Made by a program: the position numbers and the translations under genes. From an uncultured Patescibacteria group bacterium (lineage in GTDB: Bacteria; Patescibacteriota; Microgenomatia; UBA1400; PJMF01): DNA of 64,000 nucleotides. Below, piece by piece: positions 38,475 to 47,246 of the stretch (positions are counted from its first letter, which is position 1; the number at the start of each line of letters is the position of its first letter). The stretch covers positions 11,523 through 75,522 of the forward strand of contig CAJQIG010000004.1 of assembly GCA_905478415.1 (NCBI GenBank), written 5' to 3'. Under the pieces are notes generated by a model. It searched no databases, was not told the DNA's origin, and worked only from the letters and a program-made list of their open reading frames with translations.

Positions 38475-39257
38475 CTATTTCTTTTTGGAGAGAGTTTGGC
38501 CCATTACGTTGCCAAACCCTTCGATAGCTCGAAGAATTTCCATTGGCAGTGCAAAAATGACTGTGTTTGATTGATCCGAAGAAATATCGTTAATTGAGTT
38601 GAGCGTACGCAGGTGCAAAGCTCCAGGGCTCTTGGACATCATATTCGCAGCTTCAGTTAAGTTCTGTGCAGCCAAGACTTCACCCTGACTATTAATAATA
38701 GTGGCCCGTTTTTCACGCTCTGCTTCAGCCTGTTTAGCCATGGTTCGAACCATACTCTCTGGCAACTCAATATCCTTGAGCTCAACAGCTTCGACATCGA
38801 TACCCCACTGATCAGTGGTGGCATCAACACTGGCTAAAATTTCTTTGGCAATCTTTTCTCTGCTTGAGAGTAGTTCATCCAAAGTAGCTTCACCAGCTAC
38901 ACGACGCATAGTTGTCTGAGCTAATTGAGAAACTGCCCAAAATACGTTTTCGACTTCGTTTATAGCTTTGTTGGCATCAGTAACTTTGTAATAGATAACG
39001 GCATTCATTTTGCACGAAACGTTATCTCGAGTAATAGTCTCTTGTTTTGGCACATCAACCGCTTTGGTACGAATATCAATTTTTACAAAGGTTTGGAAAA
39101 TAGGAAGAATAAATCGCCAACCAGGACCAACTACACCTTGGAATCGTCCCATGGTGTAGACCACGCCACGTTCGTACTGATTGATTTGTTTGAGAGACGC
39201 AAGAAATAAAATAAGGGCAAAGGGAAGAAATCCAAGAAGTGGCATAGTACCTTTCAA
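38475..39257 (-). CDS. SPFH/Band-7 (stomatin/prohibitin-like) membrane protein
   Basis: 260 aa; N-terminal TM helix then SPFH domain (…YERGVVYTMGRFQGVVGPGWRFILP…). Confidence 0.8.
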   Translation of the reverse strand: MKGTMPLLGFLPFALILFLASLKQINQYERGVVYTMGRFQGVVGPGWRFILPIFQTFVKIDIRTKAVDVPKQETITRDNVSCKMNAVIYYKVTDANKAINEVENVFWAVSQLAQTTMRRVAGEATLDELLSSREKIAKEILASVDATTDQWGIDVEAVELKDIELPESMVRTMAKQAEAEREKRATIINSQGEVLAAQNLTEAANMMSKSPGALHLRTLNSINDISSDQSNTVIFALPMEILRAIEGFGNVMGQTLSKKK

Positions 39258-39298
39258 AGGTGCTACTGAGTACTAGCTACTATTTTAGCATAGTTTGG

Positions 39299-40072
39299 CT
39301 ACTTTTGGGTTTTTTGCGTATCGGGTGCATAACTCACCGCTCCATCCGGCAACCGTCGCACCCAATCTCCAGAGCGCTGCTCTTCAACAATGTGCGCAAT
39401 ACTTCCTGCCACTCGAGCCACACCAAATAAGGCATTCCCCGCTAATGGGTCAATCTTCATGGCCATAAGTAATGCTGCTAAAGCCCCATCTATATTAATC
39501 ACCAGTGGTTTCAACAACTCTGCTTCTAATACACTAGCAATCTGCTTAGCGATATTTATGTAGTGAATATCGAGTCCTGCATTTCGAGCTAAAATAAATA
39601 ATTGTTCGGTTCGAGGATCCTTTTTTGTATAGACTGGGTGTCCAAACCCTGGAATACGTTTTTTGTCTGCACGGTAGGTTTTAACCAACCATGTTGCCCC
39701 AGCTTCTGTATCTTCTGAGTACTCATCGACTGCCTTCAACACTTCCATTGCTCCCGTAATGGCTCCACCATGATAAGGACCAAGTGCTAACAAAGATGAG
39801 GCCATACACGTTAACACATCATTTCCAGAAGAGGCTACTACTCGAGGTACAAAACCACTAGCCGGATCAATACCATGGTCAATGGCTCCAACTAGAAGTG
39901 CATTGAGCACTTTTTCTTCGGCTGCTGTTGGCTTTTTGCCGGTTACAGACAAAAAGAGAGTAGAAACAAAGTTTGCTTCGCCAATGAGGGTGGTGAGCGG
40001 AATACCGCGTAATTCGAGGTCGTGCTGACCGTGGCCGCTAACACTGGTTTTGAAATCTAATTTTTGTGACAT
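39299..40072 (-). CDS. Citrate-synthase-family short protein, citryl-CoA lyase (Ccl)-like
   Basis: 257 aa; citrate synthase signature GFGHPVYTKKDPR; lacks the N-terminal half of full-length citrate synthase. Confidence 0.65.
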   Translation of the reverse strand: MSQKLDFKTSVSGHGQHDLELRGIPLTTLIGEANFVSTLFLSVTGKKPTAAEEKVLNALLVGAIDHGIDPASGFVPRVVASSGNDVLTCMASSLLALGPYHGGAITGAMEVLKAVDEYSEDTEAGATWLVKTYRADKKRIPGFGHPVYTKKDPRTEQLFILARNAGLDIHYINIAKQIASVLEAELLKPLVINIDGALAALLMAMKIDPLAGNALFGVARVAGSIAHIVEEQRSGDWVRRLPDGAVSYAPDTQKTQK

Positions 40073-40076
40073 ATAC

Positions 40077-40985
40077 CTATAGTTGTACTACTTTTTTAAG
40101 CTGTTTGACAATCTCTTCTGGATTCTGAGCAAGATGAACTCCTACCGCTGACAATGCATCAATCTTACTTTTTCGAGTTCCAAATTGAGCATCAACAATT
40201 GCGCCTGCATGTCCAAAAGCTATTCCTTTTGGCAATGTCTCGGCAAAAATGCCTGATATGTAAGCAATAACTGGTTTCGTAAAGTGTCGTGATTTAAGAG
40301 CTGTTGCCAAATCTTCTTCGGCACTGCCCCCAATTTCTCCAATAATTACTAAAGCTTTTGTCTGAACGTCTGCTTCTAATTCTGGAAGGACATCAGCAAA
40401 AGTAGTTCCAATGACTCTGTCTCCTCCAATTCCAGCTACGATTGTTTGTGGAATTTGAGCAGCTGTCAGTAAGGACGCTACGGTATTTGCCATCCCACCA
40501 CTTTTTGAAATGAGGGCCACACCTGGGCTATTAGCTTTAGGAAATAAGAAGTTCTCAAACACACCACCACCTAATGACCCAAGCGCGGTCCCCGTCGTTA
40601 CAACCCCAACTGAGCTTGGTCCCAACATTCGAGCATTTTTTTGTTTAACTAACTCTAACAAATCGACACTATCTCGTGTAGGAACTTGTTCGGCAATAAT
40701 ATGGATAAGGGAAATACCAGCTTTTACAGCTTCGGTAGCAGCTACTTTCACAAACTTGGGTGGCACATAGATACTACTGACAGTAGTATCCGGGTGAGCT
40801 TGCAGTGCCTCTGCAACTGAGTCATAGACAGGAACTCCTTCCACAACTTCACCTCCATGTCCTGGAGAGACTCCAGCAAGAACTTGAGCTCCTCCGAGCT
40901 GCATCCATGTAGCAGCACGTCGCCCCTCTTTCCCCGTAATTCCTTGAATCAAGTACTTAGTCTGGATAGAAAGTGAAAACAGCAT
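40077..40985 (-). CDS. Succinyl-CoA synthetase alpha-like subunit (CcsB / ACL small-subunit N-domain-like)
   Basis: 302 aa; CoA-binding GITGKEG, phosphohistidine loop AFGHAGAIVD. Confidence 0.8.
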   Translation of the reverse strand: MLFSLSIQTKYLIQGITGKEGRRAATWMQLGGAQVLAGVSPGHGGEVVEGVPVYDSVAEALQAHPDTTVSSIYVPPKFVKVAATEAVKAGISLIHIIAEQVPTRDSVDLLELVKQKNARMLGPSSVGVVTTGTALGSLGGGVFENFLFPKANSPGVALISKSGGMANTVASLLTAAQIPQTIVAGIGGDRVIGTTFADVLPELEADVQTKALVIIGEIGGSAEEDLATALKSRHFTKPVIAYISGIFAETLPKGIAFGHAGAIVDAQFGTRKSKIDALSAVGVHLAQNPEEIVKQLKKVVQL

Positions 40986-40986
40986 G

Positions 40987-42198
40987 TTATACCCTCTCCT
41001 TTTGAGAGTGCTGTCGCTTTACCAATGCCGTTTTGAGGGCAGGGATAGTATCAAGAATCGGCACTGTTGGACCAAGCAACGTCACTGCAAATCGAGTAGG
41101 GTCGAGCCTGGTTCTCACCATCTCAAAAGCTTCTTCCCACCGTGGTCCTCCACGACGAATAATCACTGGGAACTGCTGTTCCCAATTAGAAGCAAGTAAT
41201 CCATCAACAACACCCGAGAGCGTCTCAAAAATATCCGTAAAACTAGCATTACTGCCCACTACATAGAGGGCTTCAAGTGTTTGGATTGAAAGGACAAGCT
41301 CTGTGAGTTCCCGAACTTTGTCTCTGCTCGGGTTACCCGAATACTCAGTATAGTTTGCTGGCTGTAGTCCGTGTTCCAATAATCCATCCATTGCTAAAGC
41401 CGATGCCCCGCCACCTGAAGCCAATACACCAATGGTCCCACCAGGAAACTCAAAAAAACTTTCTCCTGCTACGCCCCGTTCATCCTGTCTACTTATAGCT
41501 AGTGCTGCTTGCTCTAAGGGGGTGCGTCTCTTTTCACCAGCAGCCCGTACTAAGCGAGATGCATTCCATTCTGGATGCCTAAAGCGGGCAGCATCTTCTA
41601 ACTCAATTTTGGCATCAAGACAAACATACCCAGAAGAAGTAACTCCTACGGGATTAATTTCAAGCAAGAGCGCATCATTTTCAATGAATGCTTGCCATAT
41701 TTTTTTAACTAATGGTAAAAATTTTGGATTCGCCTCGAATACTGTCGGCCCAGTCACTACTGAAAGCGGTATCTCTTGCAGAGTCGAGCCTCGCTCGTCC
41801 ATGCCCGCACCACCTTCTGATGAATACCTACAAATGAGCGAGCGCAAACTGGTGTCATAGCCAAGGCTTATGTACACTTGACTCTCAAACTCACACTTCT
41901 CTTCAATTAAAAGTTCATCTATTGGGTTCCCGTAGGCGTCTGACTTTGCGAAAAGTTGGGCTGCCTTTTCACTCAACTCTTCTGCAGAATCTGCAAACAA
42001 TATCAAACCAGAGAGACCTCGATTGCCATGTAAAACCTGGGCTTTAAGTACTACTGGGTACGAAAAGGGGACTGCCATGCTCGTAGAAAGATCCTCTTTT
42101 GTGAGTAGCACTCCGGCAGGAGTCAATAACGTGTAAGTTTGAAGTATTTTTTTGGCCTCAAATTCGGTCAATAACATAGTCACTATAGTAACATACAA
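40987..42198 (-). CDS. Succinyl-CoA synthetase beta-like ATP-grasp subunit (CcsA / AclA-like); probable real start ATG at 42177
   Basis: 403 aa (ORF begins at TTG); MLLTEFEAKKILQTY and VVLKAQVLHGNRG resemble the SucC N-terminus and ATP-grasp. Confidence 0.75.
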   Translation of the reverse strand: MYVTIVTMLLTEFEAKKILQTYTLLTPAGVLLTKEDLSTSMAVPFSYPVVLKAQVLHGNRGLSGLILFADSAEELSEKAAQLFAKSDAYGNPIDELLIEEKCEFESQVYISLGYDTSLRSLICRYSSEGGAGMDERGSTLQEIPLSVVTGPTVFEANPKFLPLVKKIWQAFIENDALLLEINPVGVTSSGYVCLDAKIELEDAARFRHPEWNASRLVRAAGEKRRTPLEQAALAISRQDERGVAGESFFEFPGGTIGVLASGGGASALAMDGLLEHGLQPANYTEYSGNPSRDKVRELTELVLSIQTLEALYVVGSNASFTDIFETLSGVVDGLLASNWEQQFPVIIRRGGPRWEEAFEMVRTRLDPTRFAVTLLGPTVPILDTIPALKTALVKRQHSQKERV

Positions 42199-42249
42199 CT
42201 CTCTATTCTTTGAGATGAAGGAAAAACTACTTAGTTACAGCTATAGTGG

Positions 42250-42267
42250 CAAAGTATCGATACTTTG
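42250..42267. repeat. Perfect 18-bp palindrome CAAAGTATCGATACTTTG upstream of the ccs/ccl-like operon
   Basis: Read directly; further CAAAGTA(T/C) copies at 42284 and 42307. Confidence 0.6.
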
Positions 42268-42412
42268 GGATATATCCAAAGTATGAACGAACTTGTGAAC
42301 TTTTTGCAAAGTACACGGGCTTTCGTAAAAGCGGAACTTTTTTCATATTTCAACAAGTGTACAAAAATACTTAATTTCATGCAATGCATATGAACTACAC
42401 ACATTCCTTAAG

Positions 42413-42766
42413 TTACTCAAGCTGGGTTTGCAAACTACCTAAGCGTTCTACAAAAATTGAGAAGTACTCAGAATCAAAAATCATGTTAATAATAGGAATG
42501 TAGTTTATCTGGCGCAGTGTCTCAACTAGGATGGTAATCACCACGTAAGCAATAATGGTACCACCCAACACTACTCCAAAACCTTGCACAATCCCATTAA
42601 GAAGTCTGAAGCGCAAAGACATGGCTCTATCAAGTCGTTGATTCACTCGAATAAGACTTTTTTCTAGACGTTGCAATGTTTCAAGCTCAAGTTTTTCAAC
42701 TTTTTCGAGTGACTCTTTTTTTGGCGAAGTACTCTCTTTAGTGATTGGCATACTCTTAGTATACAC
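42413..42766 (-). CDS. Hypothetical small protein with C-terminal TM helix
   Basis: 117 aa; coiled N-terminus and hydrophobic GFGVVLGGTIIAYVVITILV. Confidence 0.4.
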   Translation of the reverse strand: MYTKSMPITKESTSPKKESLEKVEKLELETLQRLEKSLIRVNQRLDRAMSLRFRLLNGIVQGFGVVLGGTIIAYVVITILVETLRQINYIPIINMIFDSEYFSIFVERLGSLQTQLE

Positions 42767-42799
42767 AAGACTAATCAGAGAATGAAGCAGACAAGTAAC

Positions 42800-44788
42800 C
42801 TACCTCTGAGCAACTAAACTAAGCCATGGAGAAACTGATTTTAGATCTCCAAGTTCCTGTAATCCAACATAGAGCATTAATGCATCATGCAACTCTTTTG
42901 ACTGGGCGGTGTCAGCTGCTCCAAATGCCATATACTCACTCGACTCAGACCCAGGCATAAGAATAACTGAAGCTCCAGGTTTTCCACCAGGGCTCATATT
43001 ACCTTTACCCATTGCGTCAAAGTCACTCCACCAGCCTGGAGCTATGAAAATTGGCGCATCTGTTTCTTGGTTTGAAGTGTCAAACTGTGATGAGAACCCT
43101 GAGCCGCGAGAGTGCCCTCCTGCCATAATGCCTGGTTTATAAAGCTCTTGTTGGTACTGTCTAAAGTGACCAAATGATGGCTTCTCACTTGACATATTAT
43201 TACCTAATTTATCGAGTAATAATGCTGTATAGGTTGGTCTATGAAGCATATTTCCAGCTGCACCAAGTGAAATGGCTAAAACCGATTTGTTATGAACAGT
43301 TGGCACCGAAAGACGTTTAGAAAGTTCATGCACCGGATCGAGACCATAACTTGATAATCGATCACCCGAACCAATATCACGTTGCCAAGCAGCCTGCTTT
43401 AGACTTGAGTCTTTCATAAGTAGGAGTAGCTGTTCTTCATAGGGAAGGTGAGCAGCTACAACGTTTTCTAAAACTGAATCTCTGCTACGAGAGCGAGCCG
43501 TTTGTTTATCAACCATGTTTCTCAATATCGCTAAGAAGACGTGAGGATTATCTTTAAGGGTATCTGCTAAGTACCGTTTATATCGTTCGACACCTGCATC
43601 CTTTGATCCAAAACGAACATTCTGTCCAAACTCAACTCTAATTGGCAGTTTTGATTCGATGTCATACCAAACAACATCGCGCAGTGATCCCTCATCAGGT
43701 AAAAATGTTTCTTCTTCTTCAGATATTGTGGGGGATAGTTCTCGTGCAAAACGAACGGTTGGTTTATCCTCAACCTCACTCTGGATCCGTTCTCGAATTT
43801 CATCCGTCATTTGCTGAGATTCTAAGCTGTTGAGCACTTCCATAGCTGTATGGATTACGGCCCCATGCTTATCAGTCATGGTTGGATAGCGAAGTACTCG
43901 ACCATCACTAGCAGAAAAAATTTCTATACTTTGACCACCCTTATCAGCCAGTGGCAATCCTAATTTTTTACCAAATGGATCTTGTGGCAAGTCACCATTA
44001 ACACTTTTAAATGTTCCATTCTGCACTAACACTAATGAAGGATCATCTGATATCACACCCACATGTTTTCTCACCTTTGCTAAGACCGAATCAGGTTGAT
44101 TCTCATTAACAATTCCAGCTCTATGAATATGGGCACTAAATACCGTACCTTCTCTTGTCCCAGCGTCTTGTGCTTGTTGAACCTTTCGCCCAGCATGATT
44201 TGGATCATACTGACTCTTACCTCTGGCACTATGGAATACCTGTACTGGAACAACTTTCCCTGACGCAAACTCAACGTTAATATGCCCACCTTGAGTTACC
44301 AGATTAACATCTAAATCTCGAATAATTTCTTTCCAAGGATCTGCAGTCGATGCATCTTGCACCCAACCATTATGTCCCCAGTAGTCAGTTACCATCCCCA
44401 TCACCCTACCTGCATCTACGAGTGGCTTGAGAACCATGGTTCTGAATAACTCCATTTGTTGCGTGGCTGTACCAACAGTAGAGACAGCGTTTGTCGAAAG
44501 GTACCCTTTTTTTCGCCCCTCAATTTCATCTCCAGTCATGACTACATACACGTCAGGTGTTGACAAAATATATGCTACCAGCTCTTTTACGAGTGTTTGA
44601 TCGGTATTCAGTGATCCAAGGTGTAAATCACCGAGCGAAAATACTTGAATTGGTCTATCATGTTCAATAGCAAAAGAGACACTTGTTGGTGTCTCCGTCT
44701 CCATTATAGCCTCCTGCATAAGGCTGATGGCTGCACTAAGTTTTTCTGCATGCACTTGCTCTCTTCTGTCCCGCTCTTGATGATTCAT
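42800..44788 (-). CDS. Calcineurin-like metallophosphoesterase with ~400-aa C-terminal region of unknown function
   Basis: 662 aa; N-terminal MPP motifs SLGDLHLG (GDxHG) and MTGDEIEG (GDxxD/E); remainder unrecognised. Confidence 0.65.
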   Translation of the reverse strand: MNHQERDRREQVHAEKLSAAISLMQEAIMETETPTSVSFAIEHDRPIQVFSLGDLHLGSLNTDQTLVKELVAYILSTPDVYVVMTGDEIEGRKKGYLSTNAVSTVGTATQQMELFRTMVLKPLVDAGRVMGMVTDYWGHNGWVQDASTADPWKEIIRDLDVNLVTQGGHINVEFASGKVVPVQVFHSARGKSQYDPNHAGRKVQQAQDAGTREGTVFSAHIHRAGIVNENQPDSVLAKVRKHVGVISDDPSLVLVQNGTFKSVNGDLPQDPFGKKLGLPLADKGGQSIEIFSASDGRVLRYPTMTDKHGAVIHTAMEVLNSLESQQMTDEIRERIQSEVEDKPTVRFARELSPTISEEEETFLPDEGSLRDVVWYDIESKLPIRVEFGQNVRFGSKDAGVERYKRYLADTLKDNPHVFLAILRNMVDKQTARSRSRDSVLENVVAAHLPYEEQLLLLMKDSSLKQAAWQRDIGSGDRLSSYGLDPVHELSKRLSVPTVHNKSVLAISLGAAGNMLHRPTYTALLLDKLGNNMSSEKPSFGHFRQYQQELYKPGIMAGGHSRGSGFSSQFDTSNQETDAPIFIAPGWWSDFDAMGKGNMSPGGKPGASVILMPGSESSEYMAFGAADTAQSKELHDALMLYVGLQELGDLKSVSPWLSLVAQR

Positions 44789-44826
44789 GCAACTCCTATA
44801 TCTAGTGGTTTATATATGCTTTAGTC

Positions 44827-44904
44827 ACAATACCTAGCATTACAACCACTGTCAATGAGATCTTATATACACATCTAAGTAGTACTTTGTATCAAAAAAG
44901 TACT
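44827..44904 (-). promoter_or_regulatory. Promoter (TTGACA-17-TATTGT) for the metallophosphoesterase gene with an upstream inverted repeat AGTACTTT-N8-AAAGTACT
   Basis: Minus strand ...AGTACTTTTTTGATACAAAGTACT...TTGACAgtggttgtaatgctaggTATTGT...ATG. Confidence 0.5.
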
Positions 44905-44917
44905 CAATATACGATGT

Positions 44918-46174
44918 TTAGAACCAAAGGTCCAAGAAAAGGAAGGCTACAATGCCGGCAACAACGGACATACTCATTCCCCATGCCAGCAACCAATTAA
45001 ATAGTCTTTTTTGCTGAGCTTTATCTTCGACTGCTGCTAGTGAAAGCGCCCCCAGTGTCGAAAGTGGACTCACATCCACCATATGAGAACCAACGGCTAC
45101 GGCAATGACCATAGGTATAATCTCGCTAATTCCCATCTTAGTAGCAAGACCCGGTACCAACGGTACAAATGCCGGTAATACTACTCCAGAAGAAGAACTG
45201 TATGCCGAAACGGCTCCACTCACAAAAGCCAACACTGCATTAATAAAATCTGGACTGGTTACAGTAGCGATAAAGGTTGTAGCCAAGTCTAGACCACCAG
45301 TTTTTTCCATTAAATTGATCAAGACTGCAATCCCCGTCACCATTTGAATAGTTGACCAAGGTACTGTCTCAATCACTTCTTCTTCTTCAGCAAGACCTAA
45401 GAAGAACATGCCCACCGCTGTTGATACAGCCATAATCACCAGCGGAACTTCCGCAATAATCACACCAGAAATCAAAAGCATAATCGCAATAAGTGAGATC
45501 TTTTGTTTCTTTTTCAACACTGGTTTCTTGGCTTTAATAGTTACGACTTTAGGCTTGTATCTTCTCTTTCTACTTCTAAATAAGAACAGACCATAAGCAA
45601 GTAAAGCTGAAAGTGACTGCAGTACAGCCGAAGCTCCAAAAACAATCCAGATTAATTGTGTATCAAGTTGAATCTGGTGTAGTAATCCCAAGGCCACGAC
45701 ACCTGTTGGAGAAAAAGGAGAAAAAGCACCAGCGTTCGCTCCAGTACATAACATAATCGCAATAATAAGCGGAGAAATCCCATGTTTTTTAGCTAAGTTC
45801 ATCGTCATTGGTGCAAGGAGTGCTACTGCCGCAATATTACCTGGACCGAGAGCCGAAAGTAAAAAGGACAACGCAAATACTAATAGGGGTAGTAACAATG
45901 CTTTTCCTCGAATCAAATTAATAGCATAGTGAGTCACAACATCGAGCGTGCCATTTTTTTGAGCAATGCCAAAAACCATACTCATACTCACCAGTAGAAT
46001 AAATAACTGAGCAGGAAATCCTGCTAAAATTGTGTTTGTTGAAAAATCAGCAAGATACACTCCAATTCCAAGGGCGGCAGCTAATGCTAACAAGCCGGGA
46101 TTAAGCTTTGGTAAAAAGCAACTTAGAATAACTATTACAAGTAACGCAGAAAGCGAAACAATAGCGGTGAACAT
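44918..46174 (-). CDS. Ion-transporter-superfamily permease (ArsB/NhaD/DASS/CitMHS-like), two-repeat topology
   Basis: 418 aa; ~12 TM helices in two halves split by a basic loop RSRKRRYKPK...; hairpin-like GANAGAFSPFSPTG and GSHMVDVSPLSTLG motifs. Confidence 0.5.
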   Translation of the reverse strand: MFTAIVSLSALLVIVILSCFLPKLNPGLLALAAALGIGVYLADFSTNTILAGFPAQLFILLVSMSMVFGIAQKNGTLDVVTHYAINLIRGKALLLPLLVFALSFLLSALGPGNIAAVALLAPMTMNLAKKHGISPLIIAIMLCTGANAGAFSPFSPTGVVALGLLHQIQLDTQLIWIVFGASAVLQSLSALLAYGLFLFRSRKRRYKPKVVTIKAKKPVLKKKQKISLIAIMLLISGVIIAEVPLVIMAVSTAVGMFFLGLAEEEEVIETVPWSTIQMVTGIAVLINLMEKTGGLDLATTFIATVTSPDFINAVLAFVSGAVSAYSSSSGVVLPAFVPLVPGLATKMGISEIIPMVIAVAVGSHMVDVSPLSTLGALSLAAVEDKAQQKRLFNWLLAWGMSMSVVAGIVAFLFLDLWF

Positions 46175-46299
46175 ACACCTTCTCTCTAACTCACCATTGG
46201 TGAGGATAACAAAGTTCTATTATGCTCCTGCTTGACTAAAAAGACAATATTCACCCTTCAAAAGAGGTGGAGAACCTGCCATTTATTTGAAAAAAATAA

Positions 46300-47169
46300 T
46301 TAAAGAATATCACTCTCTTTTGATATTTTGCTTGAAGATTCAGGTAAAATATAGACATCCTGTCGGTAGTCATTCTCACCTACATACTCTGCTTCACCAC
46401 GAAGAATCTTTTCCATGGGTTTACAAGCAAAACACCCATCACCACTTGGACATGTATAATTTTCCAACTTTCGAACAACCTTTATTTTTTTAGCTATAGC
46501 TAAAATTTCTTCATGGGCTGCTTCTAAGTTTGGTAACTCTTTTGGTGATAAATCATCTGAAAGTCTCAAGTACCAATAACTGGCTCCTGAGACCTTTCTT
46601 TTTTGAGTGTTATGAACTAATAAATGGTAAATGGGCAGCTGCAGGGAACTAGTTGACTCTTCCTTTTTACTGGTCTTGAAATCAATGATGTGCACGCTAT
46701 CTGAGTCGGGTAAATACTCTAACCAATCGATCTTTCCACACAAAATAATTTCGTCTTCTTCTGAAAGCCAGTAGTGAGGTAAATCTTGTCTAATCTTGAC
46801 AGAAAGACGAGCCAATGGACCAGGATTTTTGATAATCCTTCTGAGCATTGTTCTTCCCTGCTCTTTATATGATTCCTCTTCGTCTCGAGAGTGAAAGCCA
46901 CCTTTTTTGCCACTCACCTTTTTCCAAGCAAGCTCATACTTCTGTAGTAAAGAATCTTTAAACCGAGCTTTGGTTGGAATAGTCGAAAGTGACTCAACCA
47001 CTTCATGTACTACTGAACCCAGTGCTAATGCAGGAGCCATCAGCTGGACCTTGTGCCCAGTTTTTGGATCTTTATACACATTCTTTAAAAAATAAGATCG
47101 AGGACATTTTAAAAAATCACTCATGGAAGTATGGGAAACCCACACTGCTTTATATTTATCTCCAGGCAT
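46300..47169 (-). CDS. PD-(D/E)xK nuclease, Cas4/RecB-like with four-Cys Fe-S cluster signature
   Basis: 289 aa; N-terminal C-P-R-x-Y (KCPRSYF), motif II GKIDWLEY, motif III IIDFKTS, QxxxY (QLPIYHL), C-terminal CPSGDGCFAC. Confidence 0.7.
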   Translation of the reverse strand: MPGDKYKAVWVSHTSMSDFLKCPRSYFLKNVYKDPKTGHKVQLMAPALALGSVVHEVVESLSTIPTKARFKDSLLQKYELAWKKVSGKKGGFHSRDEEESYKEQGRTMLRRIIKNPGPLARLSVKIRQDLPHYWLSEEDEIILCGKIDWLEYLPDSDSVHIIDFKTSKKEESTSSLQLPIYHLLVHNTQKRKVSGASYWYLRLSDDLSPKELPNLEAAHEEILAIAKKIKVVRKLENYTCPSGDGCFACKPMEKILRGEAEYVGENDYRQDVYILPESSSKISKESDIL

Positions 47170-47246
47170 GAACGAGAACCTTTCTACAAGTTGTGTTTAG
47201 CAAGAAATCTCATACTATCACGATTTTCTGACACCGTCTGTAAGAA

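Noticed and set aside
39299-42198. Annotating the trio simply as sucC/sucD plus citrate synthase
   Set aside because: The third gene is only 257 aa, the lyase half of citrate synthase, and it is fused into the operon directly after the alpha-like subunit. That fits the Ccs/Ccl or ACL layout better, so it is kept as a finding and not a firm call.
46287-46493. 68-aa plus-strand ORF overlapping the 3' end of the PD-(D/E)xK nuclease gene
   Set aside because: There is no RBS, and it overlaps a well-supported gene on the opposite strand.
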